64,000 bases of DNA from a bacterium (GTDB lineage Bacteria; UBA8248): positions 971,509 through 1,035,508 of the forward strand of contig OZ245330.1 of assembly GCA_965225985.1 (NCBI GenBank), read 5' to 3'. The notes below the pieces were generated by a model. That model was not told the DNA's origin and did not search any database. It worked only from the letters and a program-made list of their open reading frames with translations. Numbering within the stretch: the first letter of the stretch is position 1; the number at the start of each line of letters is the position of its first letter. Below, piece by piece: positions 27,265 to 36,036 of this stretch. A program made the position numbers and the translations under genes.

Positions 27265-27603
27265 CCTCCCGAGAGCGCCTGGGAGACAAAGACCTCGTCC
27301 GCATCCGCAACCGAGTCCGTGAGCCCGTGGCGGTCCGAAATTTGTATGTCGTTCACGAATATCACCACATGCTTTCTGAGCCGTTCCTTACAGCGGATTT
27401 TCCTCAAATATCCCCGAGGGCGGCCCGGACGGTGGATCCGGAAACCGTCTTGGGAGGAGAGGAAAGATGCCGTTCCAGATTCGGGGTAAAGACAACGCGC
27501 GGCATAATGCCTCCGGCTTCGGTCCGTGCAGGGATGAGGCCCTGCGTGGTTTTCCGCGTAAGAGCGCAAAACGGCGGGACAGGTTTCCCTTTTGGATTCT
27601 CCT

Positions 27604-28068
27604 TTAAGACAGGGCCTCCGCCAAGCAATCAAACGAGCTCTCCCAGCCCTTGTTGTGGTCGTCGCGCGCATTCGCGTCGGGGAAGAGTTCGTGCACGAGG
27701 ACGAGCTCGGTAGCGTCCCCTTTCTCGTGAAACTCGAGGGTGACGAGCGTTTCTTCTTTCATTCCCGCCCCCTCCCACTGAAAGGTGTAGACGAGCCTCT
27801 CGGGGGGCTTGATCTCCCGGTAGGTGCCCTTCACGTAGAAGACGTCCCCCTCCGGGGGCTTCATCGCTATCCGGTACTTCCCGCCCACCTTGAGGTCGAT
27901 CTCGGCGGTCGGGCAGGTGAACTCTTCCGGGCCCCACCATTTTTTCATTATCTCGGCTTCCGTGAACGCTTGAAATACTTTCTCCCGCGGGGCCGCGAAG
28001 GTCCGCCGGAGGTTGAGGGTGGTCTCGGTGGAAGTTTGCGGATCGACCATGGGTTTCCTCCGTTTCAT
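27604..28068 (-). CDS. SRPBCC-superfamily AHSA1 (Aha1-like) domain protein, copy 1
   Basis: 154-aa ORF, ...REKVFQAFTEAEIMKKWWGPEEF...GGKYRIAMKPPEGDVFYVKGTYREIKPPERLVYTFQWEG...ELVLVHELFPD... Confidence 0.8.
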   Translation of the reverse strand: MKRRKPMVDPQTSTETTLNLRRTFAAPREKVFQAFTEAEIMKKWWGPEEFTCPTAEIDLKVGGKYRIAMKPPEGDVFYVKGTYREIKPPERLVYTFQWEGAGMKEETLVTLEFHEKGDATELVLVHELFPDANARDDHNKGWESSFDCLAEALS

Positions 28069-28221
28069 GTGTCCCGGTCAAGTAATCTGCGGGTGCGTCG
28101 AAGCGCTTTTCCCTCAATCGGCGGAAATCGTCCTGCCGATCTTCGCACCGGGCAGGGACGAGGCCCTTTTCGTTTGCCGTGAACCGGCGCGAAGATGGGA
28201 AAACCGGCTTTCCTCTTCGGA

Positions 28222-28674
28222 CTATCCCCTCGAAAGGGTCTCCGCCAGCGAATCAAACAAACCATTCCAACCCTGGCTGTGGTTGTCGCGCGCCTCCGCG
28301 TCGGGGAAGAGTTCATGCACGAGGACGAGCTCGGTAGCGTCCCCCTTCTCGTGAAACTCGAGGGTCACGAGCATCTCCTCTTTCAACCCCTTCCCTTCCC
28401 ACTGGAAAGTGAAGACGACCCTCTCGGGGGGCTTGATCTCCCGGTAGGTGCCCTTCAGGTGGAAGACGTCCCCCTCCGGGGGCTTCATCGCTATCCGGTA
28501 CTTCCCGCCCACCTTGAGGTCGATCTCGGCGGCCGGGCAGGTGATTCCGTGATGACCTCACCACTTTTTCAGCATTTCCGCTTCCGTGAACGCTCGGAAG
28601 ACTTTCTCCCGCGGGGCCATGAAGGTCCGCCGCAGGTTGAGGGTGGTTTCGGTGGAGGTTTGCAGAGTGGCCAT
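28222..28674 (-). pseudogene. AHSA1-domain paralog, copy 2, interrupted by TGA at the conserved Trp codon (28558..28560); first ATG out of frame because of a 1-nt A-run difference
   Basis: Copy 2 reads MATLQTSTETTLNLRRTFMAPREKVFRAFTEAEMLKKW-stop-GHHGITCPAAEIDLKVGGKYRIAMKPPEGDVFHLKGTYREIKPPERVVFTFQWEGKG... It is ~85% identical to copy 1, including ~100 bp of shared upstream sequence. Confidence 0.55.
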
Positions 28675-28955
28675 GGGTTTTTCTCCTTTTCATGAGTCCC
28701 GTTCAAGAAATCTGCGAGTGCGTCGAAGCGCTTTTCCCAGAACCGGCGGAAAGAGCCGTACCAATCCTCGGCCTCTTTCATCGGTCCGGCCGTCGGTGGA
28801 AAGGAATGAATCCGGCCGCCCCTTTGGTGAACGAGGATCCCCCCGCCCCCGCACGCAGGTTGCGGGATGGGGGGAGGAAAAGCGTCAAGGATACAGCCAT
28901 TTTGTATCTCCGGACCCACCGGGCGCCGGCCGGGTGAGTGCCTCGGGCCTGCCGC

Positions 28956-29516
28956 CTACATGGGGAACCATCCGAATCCCTTATAATGTCCGCGCAGGTA
29001 GCAGATCTGCCCACTGTGCTGGGAGTTGTCCATTGTGAGCCCAGCGAGAAAATCCCCGACCTTTATGGTTCCGCCGGCGAAGAAGGGCACCTCGCGTTCG
29101 AGGTCGGCCGGGGAGAGCTTTTCCAGGCAGGCCGAGGTCTTCTTCCGCACCGCGGCGGAATAATCCAGAAGATCCTTCTTGGCCGCCTTGAAGTTCCCCG
29201 TCTGATCGGGGGTTTGCCCGGTTCCCGTGTTTTTGAGATCGGAATCCGTTCCGAACTTCTTGGCCAATTGGCCGTCGGACCACACCTGCTCCTCTCCCGT
29301 GACGGAGGAGAGCACCATGTCTTCCCCACGCGACTGGTGCCAGACGAGCCAGCCGATGGGGTTCGAATGGTCGCTGGGCCGCTTCATGAGGTCAGCCTCC
29401 GAGAGGCCGTCCAGTGCCTTTTGTACGAAATCCGCGTTGTATTCGAGTGTCTTGCCGATGACCGCCGTTGCGTCCATGCCGCTCTCCTTTCTGTGAGAAT
29501 GGGGCCAAGAAACCAC
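28956..29516 (-). CDS. DinB/YfiT-family (DinB_2) metal-dependent hydrolase-like protein
   Basis: 186-aa ORF; DinB_2 helices with conserved His positions (IGWLVWHQSRGED...; NSQHSGQICYLRG). Start may be the internal ATG at ~29477. Confidence 0.75.
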   Translation of the reverse strand: MVSWPHSHRKESGMDATAVIGKTLEYNADFVQKALDGLSEADLMKRPSDHSNPIGWLVWHQSRGEDMVLSSVTGEEQVWSDGQLAKKFGTDSDLKNTGTGQTPDQTGNFKAAKKDLLDYSAAVRKKTSACLEKLSPADLEREVPFFAGGTIKVGDFLAGLTMDNSQHSGQICYLRGHYKGFGWFPM

Positions 29517-29541
29517 CCGCCCGGTTGCGCTTTGGGCCGGA

Positions 29542-29571
29542 GCTATATTTAACCTATTGGTTAAATATAGC
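29542..29571. promoter_or_regulatory. perfect 13-bp inverted repeat GCTATATTTAACC-N4-GGTTAAATATAGC, candidate operator/promoter upstream of the DinB gene
   Basis: Read directly from sequence. AT-rich palindrome 26-65 nt upstream of the DinB start in 65% GC DNA; it contains TATATT/TAAATA -10-like hexamers. Confidence 0.4.
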
Positions 29572-29712
29572 GGAGAGCGCCTTCCTCGTCAAGTGAAAAT
29601 TCGAGCGGCCCTTTTTTCGTAAAGATGGGAAGGGAAAATGGGAGGGAGATGGGCGCGATCCGGGAAAGGGGGGCGGAAGGAGCCGCCCCGGCGGGGATAT
29701 CCCCTTCATTAA

Positions 29713-29752
29713 AAGGGGGCTAGGTGTTGGAAAGGGGGCTAGGTGTTGGAAA
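29713..29752. repeat. 19-bp tandem direct repeat (GGGGGCTAGGTGTTGGAAA x ~2.2) spanning the stop codon of the pentapeptide-repeat gene
   Basis: aagggggctaggtgttggaaagggggctaggtgttggaaagctgg, with the minus-strand TAG stop lying inside the repeat unit. Confidence 0.5.
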
Positions 29753-30125
29753 GCTGGCCTGGAGTGAGCCCGCTCACATCGGAAAGATTGACTTCAGAGA
29801 GGTTCGCTCCTTCGAGGAGGGCGCCGCTGAGGTTGGTGTTCAAAAGGTTTGCTCCCCGAAGGTTCGCTCCTTTCATATTGGCCTCCCGCAGGTTGGCCTC
29901 AGAGAGGTCGGCCCCTTCGAGGTTGGCGTTCACAAGAACGGCCCGGAAGAGGTTGGCCTTTTTCAGGTTGGCGCCCGCGAGGTTGGCCTCGCGCAGATTT
30001 GCCCCCCGCAGATTGGCCTCCGCGAGTATGGAGCCCGCGAGATTTTCCTTCATGAGGTAGGCAGTGGGAAGGTCGGCCCCGCGCATGTCTTTCGGTTTAT
30101 CGCTCATGGCTTCCTCCTCCCGCAT
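29739..30125 (-). CDS. pentapeptide-repeat protein
   Basis: 128-aa ORF made of A(N/D)LxxANLxGANL pentapeptide repeats. Confidence 0.85.
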   Translation of the reverse strand: MREEEAMSDKPKDMRGADLPTAYLMKENLAGSILAEANLRGANLREANLAGANLKKANLFRAVLVNANLEGADLSEANLREANMKGANLRGANLLNTNLSGALLEGANLSEVNLSDVSGLTPGQLSNT

Positions 30126-30273
30126 CGGGGTCTGCCGCTACAAAGGGCCGATGCGAGTGAATCGCCCTTCGCGCGCCTCCGGCGCTTCCATTGCGTGAGA
30201 GTCGGCGGATTGGAACGGGCACCTGAAGGGTTTATCCTTTCTTCATGTTAGTGGCGGGAGAGAGCGGGGGCAA

Positions 30274-31023
30274 GTGGAAAGGGCCCGGTGGATGAGAAAA
30301 GCCTTTTCTCGCCTTCTCGCCTGGTTTATTGCCCTACTCCTGCTGCCCGCATGTTGGGCGGCCACAGTCGCTCTTTGGCGAACCCTGCAGGCCGCGCTCG
30401 TGGACTCCGCCTTCGGGGGTCAAGTTTCCCTTCACTGGTGGGCATTGATCGGAGGAGCGGCGGCCTATGCGCTCTGGCACATGCTCCGGCCGCCCGAGTT
30501 TCTCTATACCTTCGGTCACGAGATGACTCACCTTCTCTTCGCCTTCCTGATGGGAAAGCGGGTGGGCCGCCTAGAGGTATCGAAGCGGGGAGGGGCGGTT
30601 TCCCTGAGCGGGACGAACCCCTTCATCACGCTGGCCCCTTATTTTTTCCCCCTCGTGACGGCCATCGTCCTCGCAGGAGGGGAATTCATCACCTGGGTGG
30701 CCGGGGATGGGCGGTTCCGCCCGTATGTTGCGTTTTTGGTGGGAGCCACCCTCGCCTTCCACGGCGGCATGACTTGGAGAACGCTCCGCACGGCCCAGCC
30801 CGACATCGCGCGGAGCGGTTGGCTTTTCTCCTGCGTTTTGATCTACCTCATGGGGGTTCTCGCAGTGGGAGGAGCGATCGTCACGGCCGCAAATGGCCCG
30901 ACCGCTTTGGTCCGGCTTGCCCGTGCGGTGGGAGTGGAGGCGCTCCGAACCTACTATTGGAGCGGGGGAGTGCTCATCGAAGTCACCGGAAGGGCGATTT
31001 CGGTGATTGGCGATAAGCCGTGA
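30274..31023 (+). CDS. polytopic membrane protein with HExxH motif (putative M50/M48-like intramembrane zinc metalloprotease)
   Basis: 249-aa ORF; 5-6 predicted TM helices; FGHEMTHLLFAFLMG HExxH within a helix. Confidence 0.55.
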   Translation: MERARWMRKAFSRLLAWFIALLLLPACWAATVALWRTLQAALVDSAFGGQVSLHWWALIGGAAAYALWHMLRPPEFLYTFGHEMTHLLFAFLMGKRVGRLEVSKRGGAVSLSGTNPFITLAPYFFPLVTAIVLAGGEFITWVAGDGRFRPYVAFLVGATLAFHGGMTWRTLRTAQPDIARSGWLFSCVLIYLMGVLAVGGAIVTAANGPTALVRLARAVGVEALRTYYWSGGVLIEVTGRAISVIGDKP

Positions 31024-31667
31024 GGAGCGATTCTTTCCGGGTTTGGGCGGCCGCCCCGATTCTTCTCCTCGCGGTTGGGGCGGCAGGATGCGCCTATCAG
31101 GTTCGCCATAGCGCCGAGGCGCTGGCACCGCAAGACCTTGGCCGGGTGCGCCGGATCGCGGTGGTCCCGTTCATGTATCTTCATGACTGGACGGGGTATT
31201 TCCGCGACGTTTACGCGCGCGCCGGGGTTCCGCCTCGGCCGGAGCGCAAAGTCGACCGGAAAGAGGCCACCTTCCTCCCAGAAGTCGCCCTCGCCGAAAA
31301 GGATTACGAAGTCATCCCATGGCCCAGGGAAATATCCGTTCCCTTCTCGAATGTCATGGAAGAAACGCCGAAAGGCGGCGGGAATTCGAAAATGACGGTC
31401 CTCATCGGGCATGTTCGTGCCGCGCTTCCCCGGCTTCAAAATGCCGGCGCCCAAGCGGTGCTTCTCACCGAGGGGGAGAGCCAATGCGAGTCCATCGACC
31501 TATGCAATGCCCGGGTGAGTATGCTCCTCATCGATGCCCGCGATGGCCGGCCGCTCTGGCGGGCAAGGGCAGGGGGGACCACATTTTTTTCACTGGGAGA
31601 TGAGATGCGGGCCGCCGTTGAGCGGGCGGTGGCGGCCCTTCCCGGCCCGCCACCCGCCGCCCCCTAG
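31020..31667 (+). CDS. hypothetical lipoprotein/secreted protein, translationally coupled to the preceding gene
   Basis: Start overlaps upstream stop (ATGA); signal peptide + lipobox-like LLLAVGAAGC; no known family recognised. Confidence 0.5.
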   Translation: MRSDSFRVWAAAPILLLAVGAAGCAYQVRHSAEALAPQDLGRVRRIAVVPFMYLHDWTGYFRDVYARAGVPPRPERKVDRKEATFLPEVALAEKDYEVIPWPREISVPFSNVMEETPKGGGNSKMTVLIGHVRAALPRLQNAGAQAVLLTEGESQCESIDLCNARVSMLLIDARDGRPLWRARAGGTTFFSLGDEMRAAVERAVAALPGPPPAAP

Positions 31668-31935
31668 CCATTTGGGCTTTTGCGCTCCCATGAATACCCG
31701 GATCCGGGGCGAGTGACCTTTTGTCTTTCCAGGAGTGGGGGGGGGGTGACAATTTGTCAACTTCTTGAGGCCAGATCTTCCCGAAAATCAAATACTTAGC
31801 CACAATTTTTTTGGTACGGGCTTTGCTTAAATAAAGTATACGTTTGTTAGGGCGTTCTAGGCGGCACGCCTTAACAGGCGGGCAGAGGGGTTGTCGATTG
31901 GGTCGGCGCTCCTCCGCCACGGACTCATTCTCTCT

Positions 31936-31975
31936 CTCTGTGGGACCCCTTCCCGTTTTCGGGAAGGGGATTTTT
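31936..31975 (+). terminator. Rho-independent terminator (stem CCCCTTCCCG / loop TTTT / CGGGAAGGGG followed by ATTTTTCTTATT)
   Basis: Perfect 10-bp GC-rich stem plus T-tract on the plus strand, ~270 nt downstream of the lipoprotein gene and ~290 nt upstream of the next gene. Confidence 0.6.
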
Positions 31976-32262
31976 CTTATTCGGACCTTTTTCCATTGGC
32001 GCCGGAATGATTGTGCGCGGATGGATCGGATACTTCGAAATATTATGTGTAACAATCGCGAACAGGCGCTCGGGGGCCTCTTTGCCTTTTCCGGGGAATG
32101 GGGGCCCCGATGTTTGTGCGATCTTGCGGCATGAATTAGGTTGGTCCTTTGTTTTTCCGTTACATGTTGCCGGGCGGTGCGCGCCGCCTCGGGGGAGGTT
32201 CCCCGCTCGTTCCCTCGCTCGGGGCGGGCGGGATTATGGAATAAAATCGCGGGGAGGTGGGA

Positions 32263-33257
32263 CGGTGGAAAAAGTTGGTCTGGGAAGCGTGGGCCTGGGA
32301 TGGTGGGGAGGAGAGCTCGCCGAGGCGGCGAACCGCAGCGGCGCGGGGCAAATCGTGAGCTGCTTCGCCCGCAAAGAGGAAGGGCGAAAAGCCTTCGCCG
32401 AAAAATACGGATGCCGCCAAGCGGCGAGTCTGGACGATCTCCTTCAGGACAGCGAAGTGGAGGGTCTCCTCATCGCGACGCCCCATTCCACCCACGCCGA
32501 CCTCGTCTGCGAAGCCGCTTCCGCCGGCAAGCACGTCTTCGTCGAAAAGCCCCTGACCCTTACCGTGGCCGAGGCCCAGCGGGCCGTCGACGCAGCTTCC
32601 AAGGCCGGGATCGTCCTCATGGTGGGCCATCACCGCCGAAGGCAGGGCGCAACGCGCCGCCTCCGCGAGATGCTCGACAAGGGGGAGCTTGGGATGGTCC
32701 ACCATCTCGAGGCGAATCTTTCCTCCCCCATAGGGCTGAAACCGCGGGGAGGCTGGCGCAGCGATCCGGCCGAGTGCCCCGCCGGGGGGATGACCGGCCT
32801 CGGCGTCCACATGATTGACAACCTCCACTACCTTGCCGGTCCGATGAAGCGCGTGAGCGCCTTCAGCAAAAAGCTCCTCGGGGCGGGAAACCTCGACGAA
32901 ATCACGACCGCCGCAATCGAGTTCGAGTGCGGCGCGCTGGGCTACCTCGAAACTTCTACCGTGATCCCCAAGGTGTGCCTGACCGCCGCCTACGGAACCG
33001 AGGGCGCCGCCTGGAGCGAGGAGGAGGGGGGGAAGCTCTATATCCAGAAGACCGGGGAAGACACGCGGACCAGCCTTCCCGTCGAGGCCGGGGACGCCCT
33101 CGCCGAGGAGTTGGCCGAGTTCGCCAAGTGCACCCGCGACGGCGGAACGCCCGAGACGGGCGGCCCCGAGGCGATGGAGGTTGTCGCCGTCGTGGAGGCC
33201 ATCATCGAGAGCGCAGGAACCGGGGTGACGGTCGAGGTGGGCCGGTTCCGGTCCTAA
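32263..33257 (+). CDS. Gfo/Idh/MocA-family NAD(P)-dependent oxidoreductase
   Basis: VGLGSVGLGWWGGELAEA Rossmann N-terminus, EKPLTLTVAEA motif, C-terminal alpha/beta domain. The ORF-track start 32007 is an unlikely extension; GTG ~32263 preferred. Confidence 0.8.
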
Positions 33258-33637
33258 AACCCAAGGGCGGAGGACTTCCCCGGAACCGATATCGGAATTC
33301 TTGTTTCGCATAGCAATTCCCGTCCGGATTGAATGGGTGGGCATCCCTCTCCCGGTGGCCCTTCACGCAAACCGATCTCGCATCCGTGGAACCGAAAGCC
33401 GGTAAGACCCGGCTTTGTGCGTCTCGCCGGGATCGGCGGCTCCCCCGCGGCTGGGCGCATTCGGCTGCCGCTGTGTCATGCTGGGCTTGCCGCCTGGAAT
33501 ACGAATTCGGGCGGGTGAAGACCTCCGGTTGGTGCCCCCTATTGTTCACGCCGCACGGGCTGTGCGAAAATGGGTTTTCGTCGAATATCCTATCAATGGC
33601 TCTCCCTTCGGAGATGAAATAACACCTGGAGTGAAAT

Positions 33638-35881
33638 ATGGCGCGAATGAAATACGTCGGCATGTCACCGACGAAAGAAGACGCCCTCGCAAAGGCTGTG
33701 GGGGACACGGTTTTCGGCGACGATTTTCATTTGCCGAATGAGATCTATGGAGCGGTGATACGGACGGAAATGGCTCCCGCCCGAATCAAGAAGATAGACG
33801 GGCGCCGGGCGCTCGCCCTTCCCGGGGTGCACTGCGTCCTCACATCGGATGACATTCCCGGGGCCAACGCGGGGCGGTATCCCTACTATCCCGTCTTGGT
33901 CGAGGGCGTGGTCCGGGGCATCGGGGACGCGATTGCCCTCGTCGCCGCGGAAACACATGACCTTGCCCGGGAGGCGGCCCGGCGCGTTCAGGTGACCTAC
34001 GAGCCCCTCCCGGGAGATTACGACTTCACCCATCCGGCGGGGGAGGTTCTCTGCGACTGGCAGACCGAGAAGGGGGATGTCGAGGCCGGCTTCCGCGAGG
34101 CGGATGTCGTCGTCGAGAATGTCTTCTATTCGGCCTGTCTCGACCACGGCTTCATCGAGCCCGAAGGCGGAGTCGCCTGGGTGGACGAGCGCGGGGTGGT
34201 GAACGTGCGCGTTCCGACCCAGGACATCGAAAATTATCAAAACGTGGCCGCCACCCTCGGTCTGCCCGCCAGCCGGGTCCGGTACCACAGCCCCATGGTG
34301 GGGGGTGCCTTCGGGGGAAAGGAACATCCCCTCCTCGGCGCCTTCCTGGCGCTTCTCGCCACCCGGACGGGGCGTCCCGTGCGGATGGCCTACACCCGCG
34401 AGGAAACCATCAATTCGGGAAGCAAGCGCCACCCCTTCCTCATGAAATACAAAACCGGCGCCACGCGCGAGGGAAAACTTACCGCCGTCGAAGTGGACAT
34501 CCTCGCGGATTCGGGCGCCTACCCCACGATGAGCAGTAACCTTGTCATGAGTGCCCTTTGCATCAGCGGGGGTCCCTACAAGATTCCGAACGCGAGGGGG
34601 CGCGCCCGGGCCATTGCGACGAACAACCCCTTCACCGAGGCGATGCGCGGGGTCGGGGCGAATCAGGTTTGTTTCGCTTATGAGTGCCAGATGGACGAGG
34701 TGGCGCGCCGGATCGGGATGGACCCGCTCGAATTCCGGCGGCGCAATTTCATCAAAAAGGGCGAGACCCTGATGCAAAAGCAGCCCGTTCCGACGACGGT
34801 GCTCCTGCCCGAGTTGTTGGCGAAGGTGCGCGCTTCCGCCGGCCGGGGCGCGGGGCCCGTTTCGGAGGCGGGAAACGGGGCTTGGCGGCGGGGGGTGGGC
34901 TATGCGGCGAATATCGCCGGCTACACCCGGCCCGACACCAAAGGCGAAGGCTACCTTTCCCTCGAAGATGACGGGAGCGTGCAGGTGCGCGCCGGCGTCA
35001 CCGATGTGGGCGCGGGCCAGGCCCAAACCTGCCGGCAGATCGCGGCGGAGGTTTTGGGAATTCCCATCGAAAAAATCACGGTGGTCGTATCGGACTCCGC
35101 CGTCACCCCCCTCGCCGGCATCACGGCGGGCAGCCGCCAGACCCTCGTCTCGGGCGGCGCCATCTACCATGCCGGGCGCGAGGTACGCGACAACCTCCTG
35201 ATCGGTGCGGCGGAGCTGCTCGAGGCGGCCCCGGAGGACCTGGAGGTCGGAGAGGGAAAAATATTCGTGCGCGGCGCCGAGGACCGCTCGGTCGGGATCA
35301 CGGCGGCCATCGGCAAGTGCAAGGAGTTGAACCTTTTGCTCCACGCGACCGGCCAGGTGAAGCTCGGCGGATTCGATTATGAAGGAAACGAGAAGTACGG
35401 AAAGGGAGGCGGCTGGATGGATTACGTTTTCGGGATCCACACCGCCGAGGTGGAGGTGAACGTCGAGACGGGCGAGATCCGGATGATCAATTTCTGGTCC
35501 TCCCACGACGTGGGCCAGGCCGTCAACGTCCAGCACGTCGAAGGGCAGTTCGAAGGGGGTGCCATGATGGGGGTGGGCCACGCCCTCACCGAGGAGGTCA
35601 TCTCCGAAAAGGGCGTGCCCCTCACCAACCACCTGGAGAGCTATCTCATCCCGACCGCGATGGAAACCCCCGAGTGGGAATCCATCATCCTCGAGTCGGG
35701 CGAAGGCCTCGGCCCCTACGGGGCGAAGGGGATCGGCGAGCCCCCCTGCACGGCCGCCGCCGCCGCCGTCGCCAGCGCCGTGGGCCAGGCGATCGGGGCC
35801 TGCATCACCCGGATTCCGATCACCCCGGACCACGTCCTCGAGGTCCTAGGTAAGCTCAAGGGCAAAGGGAATCGCCGCTGA
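33638..35881 (+). CDS. xanthine dehydrogenase/aldehyde oxidase-family molybdopterin-binding subunit (no adjacent FAD or [2Fe-2S] subunit genes)
   Basis: 747-aa ORF with Ald_Xan_dh_C and C2 domain signatures (GGAFGGKE, ...GVGANQV..., GEPP near C-terminus). Confidence 0.85.
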   Translation: MARMKYVGMSPTKEDALAKAVGDTVFGDDFHLPNEIYGAVIRTEMAPARIKKIDGRRALALPGVHCVLTSDDIPGANAGRYPYYPVLVEGVVRGIGDAIALVAAETHDLAREAARRVQVTYEPLPGDYDFTHPAGEVLCDWQTEKGDVEAGFREADVVVENVFYSACLDHGFIEPEGGVAWVDERGVVNVRVPTQDIENYQNVAATLGLPASRVRYHSPMVGGAFGGKEHPLLGAFLALLATRTGRPVRMAYTREETINSGSKRHPFLMKYKTGATREGKLTAVEVDILADSGAYPTMSSNLVMSALCISGGPYKIPNARGRARAIATNNPFTEAMRGVGANQVCFAYECQMDEVARRIGMDPLEFRRRNFIKKGETLMQKQPVPTTVLLPELLAKVRASAGRGAGPVSEAGNGAWRRGVGYAANIAGYTRPDTKGEGYLSLEDDGSVQVRAGVTDVGAGQAQTCRQIAAEVLGIPIEKITVVVSDSAVTPLAGITAGSRQTLVSGGAIYHAGREVRDNLLIGAAELLEAAPEDLEVGEGKIFVRGAEDRSVGITAAIGKCKELNLLLHATGQVKLGGFDYEGNEKYGKGGGWMDYVFGIHTAEVEVNVETGEIRMINFWSSHDVGQAVNVQHVEGQFEGGAMMGVGHALTEEVISEKGVPLTNHLESYLIPTAMETPEWESIILESGEGLGPYGAKGIGEPPCTAAAAAVASAVGQAIGACITRIPITPDHVLEVLGKLKGKGNRR

Positions 35882-36036
35882 TTCAAATCGAGGGCAAGAA
35901 AACCGCGCCCCGCCGTGATGGCGGGGCGTTTTTGGGGCGTCATCCCTCGGGTGTGTGAGGGACCGCCCGGGCGGTTTTTTCGCCGGGTCCGCGAAACGGC
36001 TTCGGCCTGGCTCTCTTCCCCTTGCGGTCCCGCCGC

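Noticed and set aside
28558-28560. In-frame TGA in AHSA1 copy 2 as a second selenocysteine site
   Set aside because: The codon aligns with a conserved Trp (TGG in copy 1), not a Cys or redox residue, and no SECIS-like structure follows. A nonsense mutation is the simpler explanation.
27590-28700. Tandem repeated ~620-bp units as a possible CRISPR or mobile element
   Set aside because: The units are complete protein-coding paralogs with flanks, far longer than CRISPR repeats, and there are no transposase/integrase genes or terminal inverted repeats.
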